Assembly (NCBI RefSeq): GCF_020745735.1
Contig: NC_083424.1
Span: forward strand, 49,648,999-49,712,998
Length of the DNA stretch: 64,000 nucleotides
Source: Hemiscyllium ocellatum
Lineage: Eukaryota
Direction: 5' to 3'
Each line of letters opens with the position of its first letter. The stretch's first letter is position 1. A model generated the notes under the pieces. That model saw only the letters and a list, made by a program, of their open reading frames with translations. It made no database searches and was not told where the DNA came from. Below, one piece after another: positions 1 to 10,915 of the stretch. Made by a program: the position numbers and the translations under genes.

Positions 1-611
1 ATAAGCACTTGTGTCTATCGAGGCTGAATGCAAGATTCGGATTAAAGACGGCCTGCGATCAGTTTCCAACCCCAAAACATTTAACTCTTTTTGGAACAAA
101 TTAGGCTTTCCCCAAAGCATCTGTTACTTTCTGCAATAGGTTATCACTGTCTCATTCGTAAAACGTGTGCAACTGCGGCTCTAACTTCTTGACATGCATC
201 TGACGTGACCTATGTGTTGATGAATAACGTGAAACGTGTACTTCCAAATTTGCAGGGGTATCGCTGTCTGTTGTTGCGAGCGACAGACAAAGGGAGCGCC
301 CCCTGCTGCTCCCTTTCATGATGTCTCGTTTCCTCCTTCAAAACACTTCCATATGACATTGTGGAAAACCCACGGTTCTGTTGCAGGAACAACATTTCAT
401 TGTAGACACTAAGCAGCTGTCACTGCTGAATTACTGCCGTCACTAATTGATATCCCCATTGATCCCGTGGACTGCTCAGAGAATTGCATTTATAATTATT
501 AGATATAACTAATTTTCTTGTTGATTCGTAATTCCCTCTTTCAGTTCGTGACATCTTCCTTGTACTTAGAGCCATACATCACGGAAACAGACCTTTCGGC
601 TGAAAAAGTCC

Positions 612-2348
612 CTCATCTTCACCATGGATATCCAATCCCTCTACACCTCCATCCGCCACGACCAGGCCGTCCAAGCCCTCCTTTTTTTTTCCTCTCCAGA
701 CGTCCCCAACAGTACCCTTCCACCGACACTCTCATTCGTTTGGCCGAACTGGTCCTCATCCTTAACAATTTCTCCTTTGAATCTCCCCCTTCCTCCAGAC
801 CAAAGGGTTAGCCATGGGCCCACGTATGGGCCCCAGCTATGCCTGTCTCTTTGTTGGCTACGTAGAACAGTTAATCTTCCGTAATTACACCGGCACCACT
901 TCCCACCTTTTACTCCCCTACATTGATGACTGCATTGGCTCCATCTCGTGCTCCCGCGAGGAGGTTGAGCAATTCATCAACTTCACCAACACATTCCACC
1001 CTGACCTTAAATTTACCTGGACCATCTCTGACACCTCCCTCCCCTTCCTGGACCTCTCCATCTCCATTAGTGATGACCGACTTCACACGGACATTTTTTA
1101 CAAACCCACCGACTCCCACAGCTACCTGGATTACACCTCTTCGCACCCTATCTCTTGCAAAAATGCCATCCAATATTCCCAATTCCTCCGCCTCTGTCGT
1201 ATCTGCTCCCAGGAGGACCAATTCCACCATAGAACATACCAGATGGCCTCCTTCTTTAGAGACCGCAATTTCCCTTCCCACATGGTTAAAGATGTCCTCT
1301 AACGCATCTCGTCCACATCCCGCACCTCCGCCCTCAGACCACACCCCTCCAACCGTAACAAGGACAGAATGCCTCTGGTGCTCACCTTCCACCCTACCAA
1401 CTTTTGCATAAACCAAATCATCCGCTGACATTTCTGCCACCTCCAAAAAGACCCCAACACCAGGGATATATTTCTCTCCCCACCCCTTTCTGCCTTCCGC
1501 AAAGACCGTTCCCTCGGTGACTACCTGGTCAGGTCCACGCCCCGCTATGACCCACCCTCCCATCCTGGCACTTTCCCCTGCCACCGCAGGGACTGTAAAA
1601 CCTGTGCTCATACCTCCTCCCTAACCTCTATCCAAGACCCTAAAGGAGCCTTCCACAGCCATCAAACTTTTACCTGCACATCCACTAATATCATTTATTC
1701 TGTCCGTTGCTCCCGATGCGGTCTCTTCTACATTGGGGAGACTGGGCGCCTCCTAGAAGAGCGCTTTAGGGAACATCTCTGAGATACCCACACCAATTAA
1801 CCACACCGCCCCGTGGCCCAACATTTCAACTCCCCCTCCCACTCTCCCGAGGACATGGAGGTCATAGGCCACCTTCACCGCCGCTCCCTCACCACCAGAT
1901 GCCTGGAGGAAGAACGCCTCATCTTCCGCCTCGGAACACTTCAACCCCAAGGCATCAATGTGGACTTCAACAGCTTCCCCATTTCCCCTTCCCCCACCTC
2001 ATCCTAGTTTCAAACTTCCAGTTCCACACTGTCCCCATGCCTTGTCAGGACTTGTCCAACCGGCTTATCTTCTTTTCCACCTATCCACTCCACCCTCTCC
2101 TCCCTGACCTATCACCTTCATCTCCTCCCCCACTTTCCAATTGTACTCTATACTACTCTCTCCCCACCCCACCCTGCTCTAGCTTACCTCTCCATGCTTC
2201 CAGCTCACTGCCTTTATTCCTGATGAAGGGCTTTTGCCCGAAACGTCGATTTCGCTGCTCGTTGGATGCTGCCTGAACTGCTTTGCTCTTCCAGCAGCAC
2301 TGATCCAGAATCTGGTTTCCAGCATCTGCAGTCATTGTTTTTCCCTAC
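612..2348 (+). mobile_element. Penelope-like retroelement (PLE), 5'-truncated, decayed RT + GIY-YIG endonuclease + terminal repeat
   Basis: RT motifs MGPSYACLFVG and YIDD (ORF 814-1302); CxxxxCxxC linker and LYIGETGR...ERFREH GIY-YIG region read across stops; 12-bp TSD ctgaaaaagtcc 600-611 / ctggaaaagtcc 2349-2360. Confidence 0.9.
2220..2247 (+). ncRNA. Minimal hammerhead ribozyme motif in PLE terminal repeat
   Basis: CTGATGA-A-GGGC-tttt-GCCC-GAAA-CGTC: complete catalytic core, stem II, palindromic ACGT helix III, GUC cleavage triplet. Confidence 0.8.
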
Positions 2349-2360
2349 CTGGAAAAGTCC

Positions 2361-3440
2361 ATGCCGAATGTAATTCCAAATTAAACTCGTCCCACTTGAC
2401 TACGATTGGCTCATATACCACAAAACAGTTCCTATTTATTTGCGTATCCACATGTCTTTTATATTTTGGAATTGTACCCACATGCACCATGTCCTTTGGA
2501 AGTTCATTCCACACTTGAACGACACTCTTGTGTAAAACAGTTATCCCGAGTGTCTTTTTTGATTCTTTATCTCCTCAACTTCGGCACATGCCTCCTAGTC
2601 TTGAAATTCCCGACCATTGGGCCAATACACCTGCCATTCACCTTTTCTATGCCCCCCATGATTTTATAAATCTCTATAAGGTCACCCCTCAACTTCCTAC
2701 ACACCAATGCAGCCTATCCAGCCTCTTCCTGGAACTTAACCTCTCCATCCCTGACAAAATTCTGGTAAATCTCTTCTTAACCCTCTCCAGTTTAATGATA
2801 GCATACTTATGACAGGGCGATCAGAATTGTAGACAGCACGCCAGAAACGGCCTCACCAATGTACTACAAACCTCAACATGATGTCTCAACTCCCATACTC
2901 AAAGCTCTGAAGAATGAAGGCAAACGTCCTAAACGCATTCTTAACCACCCTGTCTGAATGTGACGCACACTTCAACCAATGATTCCCTAGCCTATCTATC
3001 CTACAACTATACCCAAGGTCCTACTTTTACTTGTATAAGTCCTGTCTTTGTTTTACCAAAATACAATACTTCGCATTTATCCAAATTAAAAACCATCTGC
3101 CAACTCCTGAGCTCATTGGCCTAATTCGTCAAGGTTTCTTTGCAATCATAGATAACCTTTTTTGTCCACTATGCTGTTCATGTTCATGTCATCCACAAAC
3201 TTACTAATCATGCCTTTTATGTCCGATTTAATTCATTCATATAAGTGACAGACAAAAGTGGATCCAGGACTGAACCCTGCAGAACACCGTTTGTAACAGG
3301 CCTCCAGTTCGAAAAACAAACCTGCACCCTCACACTCTGTCTCCTACTGTAAAGGTAATTTTGTACCCAATTGGCAAGCTGACCCTGAATCCCATGTGTT
3401 CTGATTTAATTAATTAGTCTACACTGCAGAACCTTATCGA
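2361..3440 (-). mobile_element. Old CR1-type LINE RT remnant (present in all four units)
   Basis: Fragment translations such as WNELPKDMV (2332-2514); homologous ORFs at 37089-37277 and 51505-51726 read like CR1 RT; boundaries approximate. Confidence 0.7.
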
Positions 3441-4024
3441 AGGCTTTGAAAATTTCAAGTAAATATCTTAACATTAGATGGAGCACTAGTTGGGAATCTG
3501 GAAAATTGCCGCCTCTCCCTGGCAGATCTTGTGATTCAAGAATGGTTTCCATGCCGGCCACCCGGGTGGGACTTCATTTTAAGACGTGGGAAAACCGTGG
3601 CAATCCGGTCGGGATGTGGGGTGGGGCGGTGGGGAGGGGGGAATAATGTCTATGGTTTCAGTATCTCTGCATTGGGAATTCTCACCCAGATCTGTGTGAA
3701 TGCACTCAAGCAAAGAGCATGCTGTTGGTTAAAGCTCTGCTGTTGGTTTTACGCTCAGGCAATAATAGAAACCCTGTGGGACTATCAACAGTAAACCTTC
3801 AGGTGAAATCCGATTAGAGGTGAAGTGATCTGAAACCTGGATGGTGTTCCCGGATTTGGACGAATGAGCCGCTCAATCCCTCAATGAAATTCAATAGCCA
3901 CAAATCCCATTTCAGCCCTCCATAAGCCCCAACCAATCGGAATCTTTTTGGTATTTCGTTTCCGTTTCCAAAAGATCTGAACACAATTGGACAGCGCTGG
4001 GTTTTGAGAATGGGGTAGGGGCAC

Positions 4025-4880
4025 TTGTTGCGACTCGGGTACTGTGTTGCTGGAAAAGCACAGCAAGTCAGGCGGCATCCGAGGAGCATAAATATCGACG
4101 TTTCGGGCGGAGCCCTTCATCAGGAATGAGGCTGAGAGTCCTGGCTGTGGAGAGGTAGTTGGGAGTGGGTGTGGCTGGGGGGGAAGGTAGCTGGGAGGTG
4201 GTCGGAGGTGGGGGTGATGGTGATAGCCGGGCAGGTCATGAGGGCTGTGCTGAGCTCCAAGGTTGGAACTCGGGTAAAGTGGGGTGAGGGTAAATGAGGG
4301 AATTGGTCAAGTCCACATTGATGCCCTGGAGTTGAAGGGTCCCGAGGCGGAATATAAGGCATTCTTCCTCCAGGCTTGGGTGATGAGAGAGTGTCGATGA
4401 AGGAGGCGGAGGACCTGCGTGTCCTCAGCACCGTGGGAGGGGGAGTTGAAATGTTCGGCCACAGGGTGGTGGGGTTGATTGATGCGGGTGCCCCGGCGAT
4501 GTTTCCTAAAGCGTTCTGCTCGTAGGTGTCCAGTCACCCAGTGTAGAGGAGACTGCATCGAGAGCAACGGATACAATAAATGACATGTCTGGAAGTGCAG
4601 CTGAAATTGTCCCATCTGTTAAAATCCTTCCCACCTATCCGCTCCACCCTCCCCTCCGACCTATCACCTTTACCCCCACCTCCATCCGCCAATTGCACAC
4701 CCAACTACCTTCTCCCAACCCTCTTCCATTTATCTCTCCATTCCCGACGCTCCCCGCCTCATTCCTGATGGCGGGCTCCGGCCCAAAAAGTGGATTTTCA
4801 TGCTCTTTGCATGCTTCCTGACCTGCTGTGCTTTTCCAGTAACACACTCCAACTCTGATCTCCAGCATCTGCAGACTTCA
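4025..4880. mobile_element. Composite of head-to-head PLE 3' ends (minus-strand GIY-YIG + terminal repeat, then plus-strand terminal repeat)
   Basis: 4025-4583 is the reverse complement of the PLE endonuclease/3' region (HPVAEHFNSPSH); ~4630-4880 is a plus-strand terminal repeat; homologues at ~21700-22550, ~37930-38280, ~52390-53215. Confidence 0.75.
4097..4123 (-). ncRNA. Minimal hammerhead ribozyme motif
   Basis: Reverse complement reads CTGATGA-A-GGGC-tcc-GCCC-GAAA-CGTC. Confidence 0.75.
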
Positions 4881-5534
4881 ATGTCTCCCTGCTAGTCTGG
4901 ATGACCATCTACCAAACTGATCAGTTTTAAACACCTGGATTCCCTTCCGAGCTTCTAACGACAAGGCAGCATAAACCACAAACTTCACCCTGTCACCCTC
5001 AAAAGACCATCTGACAACCATGCTGTCCGGGCCGAGTGTTTGGTCTGCCCAGTGGAAAACTAAAGCTCAGTCAAAGAGCATTCAACTGAGATTCTGCGCC
5101 ATTGACCCTCCAGAGTAAAAAGGAATGAAGATTAAAATCTTGATGACTGCACATCTTGCTCTTGATTGCATTTCATAGGATCACTCCCGCTATTTGCTGC
5201 TGGGTCAACTTTACAGATAACAGTAAGACGGATCAATTTTATTCAATGAGGTACATCCACAGGAACGTTTAAACTGTCAACTTTTAAATATGGAGTCATA
5301 GAATCATAAAGTACAGAAGATACCAACTGAACCATCGAGTCTCTGCACCTCATTTGAAGTGTGAAGAAAACAAAATTCATATACAAACCCTGTCAAAATG
5401 CCAAAGTCATTCAGTGGCTCTGATGGAGCACATTGGCTCAATCATTTAAAATAAGAAAAAGATTCACATTGCCTGAATAAATTACATACAGATTTAGTGG
5501 CAGATCAAATGAATTGCTAGGAATGTGCTTTCCT

Positions 5535-6580
5535 TGGACAGGTAAAAACAATGAGTGCAGATTTTGGAAACCAGATTCTGGATTAGTGGTGCTGGAAGAG
5601 CACAGCAGTTCAGGCAGCATCCGATGAGCAGTAAAATCGACGTTTCAGGCAAAAGCCCTTCATCAGGAATACAGGCAGAGAGCCTGAAGGATGGAGAGAG
5701 AAGTGAGAGGAGGGTGGGGGTGGGGAGAAAGTAGGATAGAGTACAATAGGTGAGTGGGGGAGTAGTTGAAGGTGATAGATCGGGGGAGGGTGGAGTGGAT
5801 AGGTGGAAAAGAAGATAGGCAGGTCATAGTCATAGAGTCATAAAGATGTATAGCATGGAAACAGACACTTCGGTCCAACCCGTCCATGCCGAACAGATAT
5901 TGGAACCCAATCTAGTCCCACCTGCCAGCTCTCGGCCCATATCCCTCCAAACCCTTCCTATTCATATACCCATCCAAATGCCTCCTAAATATTGCAATTG
6001 TACCGGCCTCCACCACATCCTCTGGCAGCTCATTCCATACACGTACCACCCTCTGCGTGAAAACATCGCCCCTCAAATCTCTTTTATATCCTTCCCCTCT
6101 CACCCTGAACCTATGCCCTCTGGTTCTGGACTCCCCCACCCCATGGAAAAGACTTTGCCTATTTATCCTATCCATGCCCCTCATAATTTTGTAAACCTCA
6201 ATAAGGTCACCCCTCAGCATCCGACACTCCAGGGAAAACAGCCCCAAACTGTTCAGCCTCTCCCTGTAGCTCAGATCCTCCAATCCTGGCAACATCCTTG
6301 TAAATCTTTTCTGAACCCTTTCAAGTTTCACAAGTCAGGACAAGTCATGGGGACAGTGCTGAGCTGGAAGTTTGGAACTGGGGTGAGGTGGAGGTGGGGG
6401 AAATGAGTAGATTCAGTGCAGAGGAAATGACCTCGGAGTTGCAGTGGGAGAGAGACTCCCTGAGATTCTTGTAGAGAGAGGAGGAAAACTTCTTCAAGGC
6501 AGCCATCCTTGCAAGAGGATTCGCAGTAGGGTTAAAATTAACGAGGTAAAAACAATGACTGCAGATGCTGGAACAGTAAA
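5535..6580 (-). mobile_element. PLE 3' fragment interrupted by a CR1 3' fragment (~5835-6335)
   Basis: PLE terminal-repeat sequence flanks CR1 RT C-terminus KLERVQKRFTRMLPGL...WNELPEDVV (ORF 5912-6331) with (catagagt)-like tail; repeated at ~23270-24270, ~38940-39965, ~53935-54950. Confidence 0.8.
5639..5666 (-). ncRNA. Minimal hammerhead ribozyme motif (G.U at stem II base)
   Basis: Reverse complement reads CTGATGA-A-GGGC-tttt-GCCT-GAAA-CGTC. Confidence 0.65.
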
Positions 6581-6701
6581 AAATTTACAAGTAAATGACA
6601 AACTTTGTTTCGGTCGTGCGTCAGGAAAGAATGAGAGTAGTTAAATGCAATAGTTATGTGCTCAATTTTATAATTGCTTGATGGTGAAATACATTTAACA
6701 A

Positions 6702-6910
6702 AGTTAAGAGTTCCACAACACCAGGTTCCAGTCCAACAGGTTTATTTGGAAGCACTAGCTTTCGGAGTGCGGCTCCTTTATCAGGTGATTGAAGGAGCAA
6801 CACTCCAAAAGCTGCTGCTTCCAAATAAACATGTTGGACGATAACCTGACGTTGTGTGATTTTTTAACTTTGTACACCTCAGTTCAACACCAGCGACTTT
6901 AAATCATGAC
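6702..6910. mobile_element. Short hairpin (inverted-arm) non-autonomous element with 12-bp TSD
   Basis: Inverted arms gtccaacaggtttatttggaagca / tgcttccaaataaacatgttggac; TSD tacatttaacaa 6690-6701 and 6911-6922; paralogues ~24372-24580, 40093-40283, 55075-55281. Confidence 0.8.
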
Positions 6911-8323
6911 TACATTTAACAATGATGTTTTATCAATTCAAGGATGTAGGCATGTAAGGATTTTTCCTGTTTGCTCTAGAACGGAATTGAAGTCAGTCTC
7001 CTTTGCAACTGACTAAAAAATAAGTGCTTTGCAACCTGAAGTATCAAGTGTTTTTATTTTGGCAGTACAATGCTTTTCTTGAAGCAGCAATATTCTTACC
7101 TATCTGAGACCCTACAACACCAGAGGTTTTGATATAAAGTATAACTACCTGATCACATTGCTTGGATTGGTCAAGCTGCAGTTTGCTCCATGGTGTTTGA
7201 ACCAGCGCAGCATGAACTATCCAGAGTGAAGAAGCAGAAAACAGAGTGGACAATAAAAGAAAGTAAACGAAACAATTCTAACATTAAGAAAAATCTACAT
7301 GCAACTGATCAAATTGAACACAACCTCCGTACAGACAACAGTTTGGCATCATTGCTACAATCAAAAGATCTGTGACAGAGAACTTCGCACACTCTTATCA
7401 CATGAAGTTTTGATGTTCAGAATTTTGTTTTCTCTGACTATGTATTTTCACACATAACGGTTGCGTCAAGCCATGGTCTTTTGTCCGCCTTATTTGTGAA
7501 TATGCCTGTACGTCAGCCTGTGTTTAGGGATTTAAATTGATATAATTAAGTTATCCTTGTTCTGTCATCTATTAAACATTAAGTGCTTGCCAATAATCAA
7601 TGTTTCTGCTGTGCAAGTAAGATGTGAAATGTTTTTTTCATGAATAATACTCAGTAAGCTTGATTTAATGGATTGAATGGTTGAAATTAGGATTAATCCT
7701 AAACCAATCCTTTCTCTCAGGTTTTGAAATAGTGAAGCTCGATTATCGGCATTTGATTAATTTTAGTCCCAACTGGATCATGGCAAGCAGAACTGTGTAC
7801 AATATTCTAAGCACGGCTTTACCGACGATTTTTAAAATGGCAAGAGTATCCCATTATTACTTGCCCAATATTTTTCCACTAATTTATAGTAAATTCTCGT
7901 TTGCGTTCACGGACAACAAGTGACATTGATATCGAATCCATTTATTGTCGAATAGATGGCCGTTCATTCTCTGCACTACGTTTATTCGTTAGTAATTAAT
8001 AGCCCGTTTTTCGATTGTTTATCCGAATTTAAATTTACCAATGTACATTTCATCTGCATTCGAATCATGCATTGAATTGCTCTGTTTGACTGTGGAATTT
8101 GACATTTGGCGTTTAGATGCAATGTTATAAATATTTTGCACGGTCAAGCTCCGGAAGTCTTAAAGCACTGAAATCAAAACAGATTTGACTCATTTTGACA
8201 GAAACGAAAGACGCTGAAATGAATGCTGCCTTTGATATTCGATCAATTGTTTTATTGAACTGCTAAGGTGGGATAGATTCATAATGCTTCAATACTTAAG
8301 ACACAATAACATTGTTCCTGTCT

Positions 8324-8329
8324 TTTATT
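8324..8329 (-). terminator. Putative polyadenylation signal AATAAA of IgL cluster 1
   Basis: tttatt ~213 nt past the C stop; conserved at 26015-26020, 41695-41700 and 56682-56687. Confidence 0.55.
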
Positions 8330-8541
8330 CAGATGTATGCATGTCAGCTAATAATCATTGGCATTTCAGTTAACACGGCATGTTTGTAAAAACCAGTTAC
8401 TTTTACATCCGGAAGTTTCCCCCGCGATGAACATTTTTTTCAATTAACCGGAATACAAATAATTTCTAACGTATTGTTACGTGGGAGGTATGAACAGGAA
8501 TAAACAAGCTTTCTCAATTGAGACATGTGGAGCTTCCGGAA

Positions 8542-8864
8542 TCACATACAGCTCGATCTCGAGATACTTGTCTGAAACGGAGTTGCCTGAGTCTCATGTT
8601 TAACCCCACAGGAGTAACGCTCGTGTGAGTTCCACTCTGAGGCTGACAGGGTCAGATAGCTGCTCACACTGAACGTGTTGTCCGTCTCCTGCTGGATCCA
8701 ACTGGTCTCCACACCGTTCCCCTTGACACTGCCATCTACCGTCCACTCAATCTCCACAGCGCCCGGATTAAAACCGCTCACCAAACACACCAGGGTCGCC
8801 GTGTTCTTTTCCGTGATTTGAACCGATGAAGGCGGAAGGAGGGATACCGATGGTTCCCGCGGAC
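8542..8864 (-). CDS. IGLC: Ig light-chain constant exon, lambda/type II-like (cluster 1)
   Basis: Acceptor ttttaaatag|GT; (S)PREPSVSLLPPSSVQITEKNTATLVCLVSGF...IEW...YSCGVKH...SRSSCM-stop; Ig C1-set Cys/Trp/Cys plus penultimate interchain Cys; 323 nt. Confidence 0.96.
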
Positions 8865-10257
8865 CTATTTAAAATAAATTAGGTTCATGTGAGTTAAAAG
8901 ACTGCATTTTATAAACAGGAGATTTATTCTAAGATAATACAATTAAAATTATGTCGATTACGGAATGTAATGAATAGTTCACTTAATTTTGCGTGCATTT
9001 AAATGTACTATTTAATCCAAGAAGGACTGAATATGAGAGACCGCTTTGTTTGCGTCTGACGAAGTCATGTTGATCTTTAATGGCAGACTGAAGTGTGGCA
9101 ATTGATCTGACTAAGTCTAGAGAGAAGCTACGTTTGTTTCATTTGGTAGCGGTATCCCTTGAAAAACAGAAGGAACACCTTAGTATAGCTGCTGATAACA
9201 CTTCATGCAGCTGCCATGGCTCTACAATGGGATAGCAAAGTGCCCGCCACGTTTTGAAGTACTATTGATAATATGAAAAGTTAACATATGTTAAAGTTGT
9301 GTTGATTCGTTAACGTGAAGGAATTGTAATCAGTTTTATTTCAAGTGTATCGATCAATTATTGCTAACGTAAAATAGTTGATTAACAGTTCACTCTCATC
9401 TCGTCTTGATAGCCAATGACATTTCCATCACATTATAACTCCGCTATCGATATTTGATGGTTATCATTGCCGGAAAACAAAACTATTCCAACCATGTACT
9501 TAAAATGGAGTCAAGAGCAGGGCAATGGGAGAATAACGCAATTCCTGATTCCCAAAACTGATCGGTCATTTAAATGCAGTTTCCACCACACACTCCACAC
9601 TCGGTATTATCCCAAACAAAGCAGTCCACTTGACTGGCACCCCATCCCCTGCAGCAACTCACCAAGGCTCTGACAAATATACCTTCCAAATTCTAAAACT
9701 CTGCTACTGGAAGGGTATGGAAAGCAGGTGTATGGGGATACACCACCTGCAAGTTCACCAAAGCATATCCCAGCCTGTAATGGAACTATATTGCCGCTAC
9801 TTCACTGGAGTTGTTCTTAACACCAGGCATGCCCTCCCTTTTGCACTAGCTCTACCGCCATCCACAGCGTACACGTGCTGTGAAAGAATGGGGCGCATAA
9901 GAAGTCATAACAGACATATCATCAGAAAAGTGTAAACAGGCTGCCCTGTTTAAACATTAGCAATTGTTTTACTCTGTCATTAAGTCCAAAATCTCACCAA
10001 TGCGCGCCCGTGCTGCTTGATCGGGAGATTTATGTAGCTGCATCTCATCGAGCAAGGATTACCTCGCAGTGATACTGTGAGAAGCCATGTCTATTATTTC
10101 AGTCAATTCAATATTCCCAATTACATTAATGTTGCATAAATTTTGTTTCGGATTCGGCCTTCTCTGATCACTGACATCGAAATCACCAGCCGCTGAGATC
10201 AGAAACAATCGGGGAAAGAACAGGAAATCTCTGTAGGTAGTGCACATTCTCATTGGA

Positions 10258-10438
10258 AATCACACAACACCAGGTTATAGTCCAACAGGTTTAATTGGAA
10301 GCACACTAGCTTTCGGAGCGACGCTCTTTCATCGGGTGATTGTCGCTCCGAAAACTAGTGTGCTTCCAATTAAACCTGTTGGACTATAACCTGGTGTTGT
10401 GTGATTTTTAACTGTGTCCAAAACCGGCATCTCCAAAT
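10258..10438. mobile_element. Hairpin element (~66-bp inverted arms + tail) with 13-bp TSD, in J-C intron
   Basis: Arms 10257-10322 / 10342-10407 with one mismatch; TSD cattctcattgga 10245-10257 and 10439-10451; paralogues ~27973-28164, ~43657-43846, ~58640-58817. Confidence 0.85.
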
Positions 10439-10714
10439 CATTCTCATTGGACTATTTAACGATATCAAGAATCCAAGGATAATATAACGAGATGGTCGTG
10501 CATCTGACTTCATGCTCATTTTCAGTTTAACAAGACACCGTACTAATTCAGAGTTTCACCAGGTTTTGTTGATTGCAATTAAGGCCAGCGAATGCGCCGC
10601 TAATTTCATTGCAATTCGAATCCGCATCTTCAGAGAAGCAGTCATGCCTTATTTGTTGGTGGCTTTGAGAATTCAGTTTTCCATTTGGTCCGCCAATAAG
10701 ACAATACGTAACAA

Positions 10715-10915
10715 ACGGCGGGATTGTGGCGCTGGAAAAGCAAAGCCGCTCAGGCAGCATCCGAGGAGAAGGAAAATCCACGTTTGGGGCATAAGCCTTT
10801 CATCAGGATTGATGAGGGGCTTACACCCAAAACGTCGATTCTCCAGCTGGCCTCATTCCTGGTGAAGGTCTTCTGCAGAACCACACTCTCGACTCCTATC
10901 TACAACATCTGCAGT
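10715..10915. mobile_element. PLE-terminal-repeat-derived inverted element in J-C intron
   Basis: gctggaaaagca..caggcagcatccgagg..acgtttggggcataagcc.ttcatcagg followed by an opposite-strand core copy; present in all four introns; boundaries approximate. Confidence 0.65.

Noticed and set aside
910-1611. Long antisense ORFs over the PLE (also 34934-35458)
   Set aside because: Shadow frames of the C-rich PLE coding strand
7681-7923. Short ORFs recurring in all units (MKLGLIL..., MVFEPAQHEL..., MGIKLYST...)
   Set aside because: Recurrence is explained by the tandem duplication; no recognisable domain or splice structure, and stops or frameshifts vary between copies
9700-9900. E-box motifs (CACCTG, CACGTG) as an intronic enhancer
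   Set aside because: Short motifs, partly within repeat-like sequence; not distinguishable from chance without functional data
10257-10407. Hairpins as CRISPR repeats, bacterial terminators or miRNA precursors
   Set aside because: Eukaryotic context; TSDs and multi-copy family structure identify them as mobile elements
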